This document shows, piece by piece, positions 7,595 through 14,480 of a DNA stretch of 14,480 bases. The stretch comes from a virus (taxonomy: Duplodnaviria; Heunggongvirae; Uroviricota; Caudoviricetes), in the IMG/VR virus record IMGVR_UViG_2778261572_000004; one strand, given 5' to 3'. Made by a program: the position numbers and the translations under genes. The notes below the pieces were generated by a model. It did no database searches, had not been told where the DNA came from, and worked only from the letters and a program-made list of their open reading frames with translations. Position 1 is the first letter of the stretch. The number at the start of each line of letters is the position of its first letter.

Positions 7595-7620
7595 AAAATA
7601 AAAAACCCGCCAGCGGCGGG
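7595..7620 (-). terminator. Putative intrinsic terminator / attenuator between the neck genes and the major tail gene
   Basis: In mRNA sense: CCCGCC-GCU-GGCGGG (6-bp GC stem) followed by UUUUUUAUUUU. Lies in the intergenic gap just upstream of the major tail gene's SD. Confidence 0.5.
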
Positions 7621-7641
7621 TAGGTAAAATCATTAACGACC

Positions 7642-7986
7642 TCAGGCTATTACCTGAAATTCAAGCGTGGCTCTGCTCAGACGGGAGTCAGGATCATAAC
7701 CCTGCGTTTTAGAAATAACGGAGGGTGCCAGTTGCCTTACCGCATCAAGCGCCTGCTCACGAATATCATCTGCGTCATCAGGTACTGTCGCCCAGACATC
7801 GATCTGCACGGCAATTCTGGATTCAGCCTGACCATCAAGCACATCAGATGCCGTGTCAGACACCACAGAAAACACCAGCCACGGCGGAGATACCGCAGGC
7901 TTTCCCTCCGTCAGCGGGACCACATAAGGATAAACCTGTCCTCCGGCCAGCTGAGACAGCAGGGAATACAGTGTGGCCTCCCTCAT
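7642..7986 (-). CDS. Tail terminator / tail completion protein (DUF3168-like; functional analogue of lambda gpU)
   Basis: 114-aa ORF MREATLYSLLSQLAGGQVYPYVVPLTEGKPAVSPPWLVFSVVSD..., last gene before the major tail gene. Its ATG overlaps the upstream stop (ATGA). Family assignment is from memory of DUF3168-type sequences. Confidence 0.7.
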   Translation of the reverse strand: MREATLYSLLSQLAGGQVYPYVVPLTEGKPAVSPPWLVFSVVSDTASDVLDGQAESRIAVQIDVWATVPDDADDIREQALDAVRQLAPSVISKTQGYDPDSRLSRATLEFQVIA

Positions 7987-8429
7987 TTACTTAAGACCTC
8001 ATCAATAGCCTGATTCATTCGCTGTATGGCAACCTGCGCCGCCAGCTCCTCTGTCGTATCGAAAGCCGGGCGAATGAATGGATGCGCGGGCATGTTTATC
8101 GTTCCCAGCTCCACAAAGCGCCAGTAAAACGCATTTCGGGGATCGCTGGCTTTCATGCTGTTATCACTGTTTCCGGTTCGCAGGTTCCGTCCGCGAATGT
8201 GGACACCCGAGATAATTTCCCCCCGACGCTTTGAACGCTGCGTGAGAACAACCACATTTTTCTTCAGTTTCCCGGTTCGCTCCGGTGCACGTTCAACAAC
8301 TGCATCCCGCATAACTTCAGCACCGGCACGGGTGGCATCGCGCAGAACCTTATTGTTTTCTGCCCTGCTGAGCGTCTCCAGATCCCGTGCAATATCCGCC
8401 AGGCCGGAAAAATCAAGACTGAAATCCAT
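7983..8429 (-). CDS. HK97 gp10-family neck / tail-completion protein
   Basis: ORF containing ...NAFYWRFVELGTINMPAHPFIRPAFD..., typical of the HK97 gp10-like family. The ORF-track start at 8432 is a GTG; the ATG at 8429 overlaps the upstream TGA (TGATG). Confidence 0.75.
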   Translation of the reverse strand: MDFSLDFSGLADIARDLETLSRAENNKVLRDATRAGAEVMRDAVVERAPERTGKLKKNVVVLTQRSKRRGEIISGVHIRGRNLRTGNSDNSMKASDPRNAFYWRFVELGTINMPAHPFIRPAFDTTEELAAQVAIQRMNQAIDEVLSK

Positions 8430-8767
8430 CACACATTCCCCTTCAGGCTGCAGAGTATTTCAAGCCGGGTAGCGCGTGCATCCGGTATCGGTGGACCGTC
8501 TATACTCAGAATGGCTCCTTTAAATGCACCGGTCAGCACTTTCAGACATGAAGCTGCCGTCACATCGCGCCGTAATCTCATCCAGACTCTCACCGTGGCC
8601 TGAGCGGTTTCTGCGCCTCCTGATATTCTCTCCCTCCCACTGATCCCCTTAACTTCTGCCCATACGGTTGCCCCCTCCGTCATTGTCTCCACCGAATGCC
8701 CTGACGGAGAACGGACGGTGGTGACATTCAGAATAGTTACGCGATCACGTAATCTGCCCGCCTGCAT
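8429..8767 (-). CDS. Head-tail adaptor / head closure protein
   Basis: 112-aa ORF with an AGGAGG Shine-Dalgarno 4-5 nt upstream of the ATG at 8767. Small protein in the conserved neck-gene position between the gp6-like connector and the gp10-like gene. Confidence 0.7.
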   Translation of the reverse strand: MQAGRLRDRVTILNVTTVRSPSGHSVETMTEGATVWAEVKGISGRERISGGAETAQATVRVWMRLRRDVTAASCLKVLTGAFKGAILSIDGPPIPDARATRLEILCSLKGNV

Positions 8768-8775
8768 GGTTCCTC

Positions 8776-9093
8776 CTACAAAGGAATAAAACGATAAGGC
8801 TCCAGCAGAGAAGAAAAACCAAACGGGATTGGTGCCTTGCTGACATCTGAGGAATTTTCCCGGTTTTCGTACCAGTGCCCGACCAGCAACATAAGCGCCA
8901 GCAAAACATCATCAGCTATAAGCACCCCTTCTGGATCCCCCTCCGGCACCGTCTCCTCATAAAGCTTACGGTTGATAAAATTTTCTGCCTTGCGGCAGGC
9001 AGCCCGGAAATACAGCATCAGTAACTCATCATCAGTTGCATCATCTGTATCAATACGGCACTGCGCCCTGAGTTTTTCCACTATTGTTGCCAT
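8776..9093 (-). CDS. Head-tail connector protein (gp6-like)
   Basis: Start placed at the ATG at 9093 (MATIVEKLRAQCRIDTDDATDDELLMLYFRAA...), which has an AGGAG Shine-Dalgarno 6 nt upstream. The ORF-track start at 9171 lies inside the capsid gene. First gene after the major capsid protein. Confidence 0.75.
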   Translation of the reverse strand: MATIVEKLRAQCRIDTDDATDDELLMLYFRAACRKAENFINRKLYEETVPEGDPEGVLIADDVLLALMLLVGHWYENRENSSDVSKAPIPFGFSSLLEPYRFIPL

Positions 9094-9136
9094 CAGAAAC
9101 TCCTGCCCGCAACACTGTGCGGGCATAAAAACCGCA

Positions 9137-10360
9137 TTACGCTGCGGCTTTCTGGCGGGTTGCAGCCCCAATTTTCATCAGCTTAATCGCCTGAGAATCC
9201 ACCAGCATACCGCCGGTTCGTTTGGTGGTATAAAAGCCCACAAACGGTTTGTTGGTGTACGGGTCACGCAGGATACGGGTACCGATGCGATCAACGATGG
9301 TATAGCCGCGTTTGAAGTTACCAAACGCAATGGCTTTTGCATCGGCGGCAATATCCGGCATCTGCTCATTTTCAACGATGCCATACCCTGCCAGAGAAGA
9401 AGGCTGCCCCAGCTCAATACCCGGGCGCCACAGATAATTTCCGTCGTTATCCTTCAGCAGACGAATGGCAAACAGGCTGCTGTTGTTCATCATAAACTTC
9501 GCGCCGCTACGGTGCGCCTTGCGCAGGGTGTAAATCAGTTTAATGATCGCATCGGCAGTCACGCCGGAAGCCGCACCGGAAGCAATGTGCTGAAGTTTGC
9601 CAAACGCACGGGTCTTGTCATCTTCATCGGTGGACTCGTAAGCCAGAAAACCTTTTGGTTTTTTGCTGCCGTCGCCACTGGTAAAGGCAATTTCTTCCTG
9701 TTCGGCAAATTCCAGCGCCAGCTCACTGTTGATCCAGTCTTCCACATTGAAGAAAGCGTCATCGAGCATTTTCTGGGTGGCCTGCGGGTTGCCGTAGATT
9801 TCCCCCATAAAGGGTTCAATCAGACCCAGTTTTGATGTGGCGGTTTCCGGACGAGCATCCGTTTCCCCCACCCATCCGGACGTTGTGCCGCCCAGATTCA
9901 CCAGTTTTTTATAATCCGAGCCACCGAGGGTGATCACAGTGGCTTCCTGGCGCATCACCACCTCATCTTTCAGCAACGTCAGAATGGTGCGGTCCAGTTC
10001 TTCCGGAATGGCATAACCACCATCTTCATCATTGCCCACCTGCATCGCCTTACGCTCAAGCTCACGCAGGCCGTCTTCACGCCCCTTGCGCATAAATCCG
10101 ATAAACGCTTCTTTATGTTCACCGGCAACTTTATTTTGCGTGCCGCCTGCCGGACGCTTGACTTCAGCCAGTTCAGCTTCAAGATCGCTTTTCAGATTTT
10201 CCAGTTCAGCCAGTTTTCCGTTGAGGGTTTCCACTTCACCAGCAAGTTTTCCCTTTTCCTGCTCGATCGCGTCGATACGTTTGTCGTTTTTTTCCTTAAA
10301 ATCGTCAAACTTCCGCTGCAACTCCTGCGCGACCTGTTCCACATCTTTAACATCAGCCAT
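9137..10360 (-). CDS. Major capsid protein, HK97 fold, with N-terminal coiled-coil delta (scaffolding) domain
   Basis: 407 aa. The N-terminal ~100 aa is strongly charged and heptad-like (MADVKDVEQVAQELQRKFDDFKEKNDKRIDAIEQEKGKLAGEVETLNGKLAELENLKSDLEAELAEVK), followed by a capsid-like body. AGGAGA Shine-Dalgarno 6 nt upstream. Immediately downstream of the prohead protease with no separate scaffold gene. Confidence 0.9.
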   Translation of the reverse strand: MADVKDVEQVAQELQRKFDDFKEKNDKRIDAIEQEKGKLAGEVETLNGKLAELENLKSDLEAELAEVKRPAGGTQNKVAGEHKEAFIGFMRKGREDGLRELERKAMQVGNDEDGGYAIPEELDRTILTLLKDEVVMRQEATVITLGGSDYKKLVNLGGTTSGWVGETDARPETATSKLGLIEPFMGEIYGNPQATQKMLDDAFFNVEDWINSELALEFAEQEEIAFTSGDGSKKPKGFLAYESTDEDDKTRAFGKLQHIASGAASGVTADAIIKLIYTLRKAHRSGAKFMMNNSSLFAIRLLKDNDGNYLWRPGIELGQPSSLAGYGIVENEQMPDIAADAKAIAFGNFKRGYTIVDRIGTRILRDPYTNKPFVGFYTTKRTGGMLVDSQAIKLMKIGAATRQKAAA

Positions 10361-10374
10361 TATTTTTCTCCTGG

Positions 10375-11025
10375 TTAAAATTTAAGATTTTTCAGTGCAT
10401 TCAGTGCGGCATCCACATCCTCAGCATCACGCAGGGATAAAGCGCCATATCCCCCGGCCATGAATGCTTTGGCCTGGGTTCGCGAGAGTCCAACATCGCG
10501 CAGGACCCGCTCAATAATTTTCTGATCAGGGATCTCCCCACGCGCCAGCGCATTTTTCACATCGCTGATGCGTGCTTCATCATTGGAAGGAAACGTCACC
10601 AGACTGACCTCCCACAGGTCGATCTCTTTCAGCAGGAATACCCCTTTTTCCCGATCGTACTCCCAGTCTTTCAGAATGTAGCCAATAGAAAGGCCGGTTA
10701 AAGAACCGGCCTTCATATGGGCATGTGCACGTTTTGCCAGGGGATCATCATCAACGAGTAATCGCCCCCTGACATAAAGCCCGACATCATCTTCTTTCAT
10801 TTCGGTGTACACACCGATGGGCTCATCCATGCGGTGCTGCCAGAGCAACGCAGGCAGCGCCTTTTTTTCGCTCCATTTCTGGAGTGTTGTGGTAAAGGCT
10901 CCGGGGACCACCACATCATCGTGGCTGTCCTTAACACCAAAAACAGAACCGTAACCTTCAAATTCCCCGGAATCACTGACGGATTTCAGGTTCAGCGGTA
11001 TATCAAGACGCTGCTTTGTCTGCAT
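10375..11025 (-). CDS. Prohead maturation protease (HK97 family, S78-like)
   Basis: Contains GYGSVFGVKDSHDDVVVPGAF, typical of HK97-family prohead proteases. Start placed at the ATG at 11025 (MQTKQRLDIP...), which has an AAGGAG Shine-Dalgarno; the ATG at 11055 has none and lies deeper in the portal gene. Confidence 0.85.
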   Translation of the reverse strand: MQTKQRLDIPLNLKSVSDSGEFEGYGSVFGVKDSHDDVVVPGAFTTTLQKWSEKKALPALLWQHRMDEPIGVYTEMKEDDVGLYVRGRLLVDDDPLAKRAHAHMKAGSLTGLSIGYILKDWEYDREKGVFLLKEIDLWEVSLVTFPSNDEARISDVKNALARGEIPDQKIIERVLRDVGLSRTQAKAFMAGGYGALSLRDAEDVDAALNALKNLKF

Positions 11026-12244
11026 CTCCACTCTCCTTTTTCTTACCGTTGTCATCGCCAGCAGAGGGACTGGTGGTCATGTTCATCGGCGTCAGATACA
11101 CATCACCGCCCGGGCGGGGATTCATATCTTCCAGATCACGGCAGTCATTAGGGGAATAAATCCCCCAGTTGATCCCCGTGGCATACGCTTCAAAGCGGGA
11201 TTTCATGTCGCCACGCAACAATGCTCCGGCATTAAATTTGGCGTAAAACTTCCCCTGTTTGCTCTCCCTGACCAGCCCTGTATTGATCCGCTGTTCAATA
11301 CGGGTCAGATACGGCACAAGGGAATAGTTAATGAAGCCAAGCCCCAGCTCTTCAATATTGTTGAAGGTGGCGCGATCGGTGTTCTGCACCATATGCAGCG
11401 GCACGCGGAACAGGCGACAGATTTCTTCCAGCTGAAACTTGCGGGTTTCCAGGAACTGGCTGTCCTCGGCATTCAGTGCCACCGGCTTCCAGTCCAGCCC
11501 CATTTCCAGAATCATCGGACGGTGCGCATTACCCAGCCCAAGATGCCGCTCCTCAAAATCCCTCTTCATGCGCTCATAAGCATCCGGCGTGAGCTTTTGT
11601 TCCGTACGCAACACACCGGATGTCACTGCACCGTTACCAAACAACCTGGCGCCGTGCTCCTCAGTTGCCGCTGCCAGTGAAATGGCCTCACGCGCATACG
11701 CAATGGGATTCAGCCCGACCAGTCCGTCCAGCGTCAGAGTGCGCACATGCCAGATTTCATTCTGGGTCAGCACATCCACGGAGCCATCCGGAAACGTCAC
11801 CTGATAAACCGGCTGCCACTGGCTGTTCAGCTTCGGTTCCACACAGCCCGGATCTATCGGAAGAAGCTCCACAACTTCCCCCAGAGCCTTTACCTTGTAG
11901 GCGTAAAAATTACCCCGCAGACACAGGCAGACGATAACCAGTTCCCAGAATTCCTGCGGCGTCATGTAGCCATTGGGTTTTGCCGAAATCAGCTTATGCA
12001 GCCGTTCATCCACCGCCCGTGTTTTAAGGGTGCCGCTGATTTTGTAGAGACTGCAGGGCAGCATACCAACAGACTCAGCCAGCACCCTGACGCAGGAATA
12101 CACCGCCGTCAGCCGCATGGCCCGCTGGCTGCTGATCCGCTTTCCGGTATAGGTGTCGTATGACAACCCCAGCTCTTCCGCAAGCATCCCGGGCGTTGTG
12201 ACGGGGGTGTTATTTTTGCGTTGAAAAAGCCCCTGGAAAAACAT
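11003..12244 (-). CDS. Portal protein (HK97 family)
   Basis: 413-aa ORF between terminase and protease with a portal-like sequence (...AVYSCVRVLAESVGMLP... and an acidic C-terminus). GGAGGTGA Shine-Dalgarno upstream; the start overlaps the stop of the small upstream ORF. Confidence 0.9.
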   Translation of the reverse strand: MFFQGLFQRKNNTPVTTPGMLAEELGLSYDTYTGKRISSQRAMRLTAVYSCVRVLAESVGMLPCSLYKISGTLKTRAVDERLHKLISAKPNGYMTPQEFWELVIVCLCLRGNFYAYKVKALGEVVELLPIDPGCVEPKLNSQWQPVYQVTFPDGSVDVLTQNEIWHVRTLTLDGLVGLNPIAYAREAISLAAATEEHGARLFGNGAVTSGVLRTEQKLTPDAYERMKRDFEERHLGLGNAHRPMILEMGLDWKPVALNAEDSQFLETRKFQLEEICRLFRVPLHMVQNTDRATFNNIEELGLGFINYSLVPYLTRIEQRINTGLVRESKQGKFYAKFNAGALLRGDMKSRFEAYATGINWGIYSPNDCRDLEDMNPRPGGDVYLTPMNMTTSPSAGDDNGKKKESGDADKAAS

Positions 12245-12426
12245 TACTCACCTCCGGAGGCGACCCGGTGACCGCGATCGAGATAACGCGCAACCAGCCA
12301 CGACCAGCACAGACACAGCGCCCCGGCAACAACAAAACCAGCCGGGGGATAAATCAGCCAGGCGCCATACGCCAGCAAAAGCGCCCCCAGCACGCCCACC
12401 AGTGGCGTGAGAATTATCAGAAACAT
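12244..12426 (-). CDS. Small hydrophobic protein with two predicted TM helices, between terminase large subunit and portal
   Basis: 60 aa: [64 protein letters not shown] Shine-Dalgarno 5 nt upstream of the ATG, 10 nt after the terminase stop; its stop overlaps the portal start. It fills an otherwise unexplained ~190-nt gap. Coordinates are taken from the ORF track, because my base-by-base count in this stretch disagreed with the track by one nucleotide. Confidence 0.5.
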   Translation of the reverse strand: MFLIILTPLVGVLGALLLAYGAWLIYPPAGFVVAGALCLCWSWLVARYLDRGHRVASGGE

Positions 12427-12437
12427 AATGACCTCGG

Positions 12438-14195
12438 TTAAAGCGAGCGGATACCAACGCTGACCAGATGCTCAGACAGATCCGGCTCCGGTTCACCGCC
12501 ATTGACCAGCATCCGGCTCATTGCTGTAAACATCGCAACAGGACCGTCGATTTTGGCTTCCGGCGTGGATTTGTTCGGGAAGATATTGTCGTTTTTGTCC
12601 GGTTTTACCGTAACGTTAGACATCATCCAGTTCATGACCGGGTGATTGCTGTGGTGAAAACGCCCGGCATAGACCAGTGATTCCGTTTCCTTCATGGCCT
12701 CTGACAGATTGCGGACCGTCTGCGGAACTTCCACCAGCGGTATACCTTCTTCAGCCAGCGCCAGACTGAACTGCATTGCGCTCCACGGGTCAAATCCCAG
12801 TTCCCTCAGGTTTTCACCGCCAATCCATTCCAGCAGGTCACTTTTTATCTGAGTATGATCGATAACATCACCATCCGTCAGGATGAGTTTATCCATCTCC
12901 GCCCATTTCCGGTAAAGTTCTGCCTGCTGCCGTGAGCATCGTTCCAGCCGTCCTTCCGGAAGCCAGAATTTAAAATCGGCATGAACATGCCCGTTATCCG
13001 TTCGCCAGAGTTTTGCCGCCGCACAGATATCAATCTTATGAGCAAGGTCGACGCCGACCCACATGGGATAGGTTTTCAGCTCATGCTGTGGAGCAATGTA
13101 TTCGCACTTCTCCCACTTAATCATATCCATCCAGGCAGATTCGGCAGTGACCCACACATTCATGTGTTTGGTAAAAAAATTCACCCGCGCAGAGACCTGT
13201 TCTTTCGCTTTTTTCGCCAGACGACGCAGATCATCCCAGCGTTTACAGATGCCCAGGCCCGGATTCGCTTTCTGCCAGACCGTTTCATCAAACGGATCAT
13301 CTCCCTCATCGAGCGTGTAAATGATCGCAAAGTAGGAGTCGTCTTTTACTGCGCCCTCCACGTTGCTGTTATAGCCACGCAATACCTTGATGGCGTAATC
13401 GCGTTGCTCGTAACAAATCCCTTCCTTGTTAAAGCCCGCCGTGGTGATACCAAATAACAGGGACTGCAGACGGGCACCGGTTGCCGTTTCCAGAACGTCC
13501 CACACGTCGCGGGTTTTATGTGCATGCAGCTCATCAATAATGGCACAGTGGATGTTCAGACCGTCCAGGTTGTTTGCATCCGAGGAAAGCGGTTCAAATT
13601 TTGATGCGCTCTGCTCCTGGTAAATCGCCAGCTTGTTGAAATCAAACAATCGCCCGAGTGTCGACCGGGCTTTTCTGACCATATTTTTGGCGTCTTCAAA
13701 CACAATTCTGGCCTGGTCACGCGTGGTTGCGGCTGAATACACCTCAGCACCGCCTTCACCATCTGCCCCCGTCATATACAGGCCGATACCCGATGACAGG
13801 GTTGATTTTGCGTTTTTACGGGCGACTTCGTTGTACGCCGTACGGAACCGGCGCACCATCACCGGACGTCCGCTGCCATCGCTGCGCATGACAACTTCCC
13901 CGGTCTCTTCATTGACCAGCGGAATGACAAAACCAAAAATATTAATGAGGATAAATACATGCCAGTCCATCAGTTCAATGGGCTGGCCTGCCAGCGCCCC
14001 TTTTACATGGGGCACAAATTTGTAGAAATTCAGGATGTGCTGCGCACGGGGTTCACTGAAATAAATCCCCCGCTCTTCGCCGTACTTCAGATCATCAAGA
14101 AAACGCTGGCAGGCCAGACGGACAAATTCGCCAGCGACAATTTCTCCTGCAACAACACGTTCGGCGTAGCGGATCCCGTCAGCCACTTTTGCCAT
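12438..14195 (-). CDS. Terminase large subunit
   Basis: 585-aa ORF immediately downstream of the small-subunit gene (ATGA overlap at 14195), with size and position typical of phage TerL (ATPase N-terminal region, nuclease-like C-terminal region). Confidence 0.9.
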   Translation of the reverse strand: MAKVADGIRYAERVVAGEIVAGEFVRLACQRFLDDLKYGEERGIYFSEPRAQHILNFYKFVPHVKGALAGQPIELMDWHVFILINIFGFVIPLVNEETGEVVMRSDGSGRPVMVRRFRTAYNEVARKNAKSTLSSGIGLYMTGADGEGGAEVYSAATTRDQARIVFEDAKNMVRKARSTLGRLFDFNKLAIYQEQSASKFEPLSSDANNLDGLNIHCAIIDELHAHKTRDVWDVLETATGARLQSLLFGITTAGFNKEGICYEQRDYAIKVLRGYNSNVEGAVKDDSYFAIIYTLDEGDDPFDETVWQKANPGLGICKRWDDLRRLAKKAKEQVSARVNFFTKHMNVWVTAESAWMDMIKWEKCEYIAPQHELKTYPMWVGVDLAHKIDICAAAKLWRTDNGHVHADFKFWLPEGRLERCSRQQAELYRKWAEMDKLILTDGDVIDHTQIKSDLLEWIGGENLRELGFDPWSAMQFSLALAEEGIPLVEVPQTVRNLSEAMKETESLVYAGRFHHSNHPVMNWMMSNVTVKPDKNDNIFPNKSTPEAKIDGPVAMFTAMSRMLVNGGEPEPDLSEHLVSVGIRSL

Positions 14196-14480
14196 CAGTC
14201 TCTCGCTTTTAAAAGCTCCGCCAGCGGATCAACATCATCCGGTCCGGCGGTATTTACTTTCGCCCGGCTTGCCGGTGACATACCAAATTCTGCAAGCATC
14301 GCCCGGATCCGCTTCCAGGCATCCGCTTTCATCGCAGCAGCCGGGTGTGCCTTAATCAGCACATCACCGTTCTGCGTTTTCGTGCGGTAGGTATACCCCT
14401 CAACATCGAGTGTTTCGCAGTGATGCCGGTATTCGGTGTAGGCTTCCACCAGTAACTCGAGTGCACGCGCATCAAGCTGA
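14195..14480 (-). CDS. Terminase small subunit (P27-family-like), C-terminal part; gene continues beyond the window end
   Basis: The frame is open to the window edge; the ORF-track M at 14449 is a GTG inside the frame (...QLDARALELL-V-EAYTEYRHHCETLDVEGYTYRTKTQNGDVLIKAHPAAAM...GMSPASRAKV...). Stop overlaps the TerL start. Confidence 0.8.
   Translation of the reverse strand, partial: QLDARALELLVEAYTEYRHHCETLDVEGYTYRTKTQNGDVLIKAHPAAAMKADAWKRIRAMLAEFGMSPASRAKVNTAGPDDVDPLAELLKARD

Noticed and set aside
7583-7633. Upstream ATG at 7633 as the major tail protein start
   Set aside because: Not fully excluded (it has a GAGG upstream), but it would encode the hairpin/U-tract region as PTRRWRVFYF, whereas the ATG at 7582 has a better AGGAG Shine-Dalgarno and leaves a clean intergenic hairpin.
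8972-9835. 287-aa plus-strand ORF
   Set aside because: Lies entirely antisense to the well-supported major capsid and connector genes; no Shine-Dalgarno found; low-complexity translation typical of an antisense frame of a GC-rich gene.
12248-12502. 84-aa minus-strand ORF overlapping the terminase 3' end and the small membrane ORF
   Set aside because: Starts inside the terminase coding region with no clear ribosome-binding site; the alternative 60-aa frame has an SD and start/stop coupling to both neighbours. Kept as a caveat rather than a feature.
1-14480. CRISPR arrays, tRNA/rRNA genes, insertion sequences or integrase
   Set aside because: No spaced direct repeats, no tRNA-like structures and no transposase- or integrase-like ORFs were recognised; the window appears to be purely a phage late-gene block plus the single-gene insert. 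I did not systematically search for short direct repeats flanking the insert.

Overview
The window is a contiguous late (structural) operon of a lambdoid, HK97-type siphovirus prophage, most likely from an enterobacterial host such as E. coli. Every convincing gene is on the minus strand, so the operon reads from high to low coordinates: terminase small subunit (partial, runs off the 3' edge), terminase large subunit, a 60-aa two-helix membrane ORF, portal, prohead protease, major capsid protein, four head-tail joining/neck genes, major tail protein with a C-terminal Ig-like domain, tail assembly chaperone G with its -1 frameshift extension (G-T), tape measure protein, and the lambda-like tail-tip genes M, L, K, I and the first 55 codons of J. 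Product calls rest on reading the translated ORFs against remembered family signatures; no database search was possible. Start codons were refined by hand from ribosome-binding sites and gene overlaps, and several remain ambiguous. The most interesting element is a single AT-rich gene (5791..6132) inserted between G-T and the tape measure gene, with an SD, a weak promoter-like sequence upstream and a hairpin plus U-tract downstream. It encodes a small protein with two N-terminal transmembrane helices and a C-terminal CxxC...CxxC zinc ribbon, and is a candidate moron with a possible superinfection-exclusion or defence role. No rRNA, tRNA, CRISPR array or transposase was seen.
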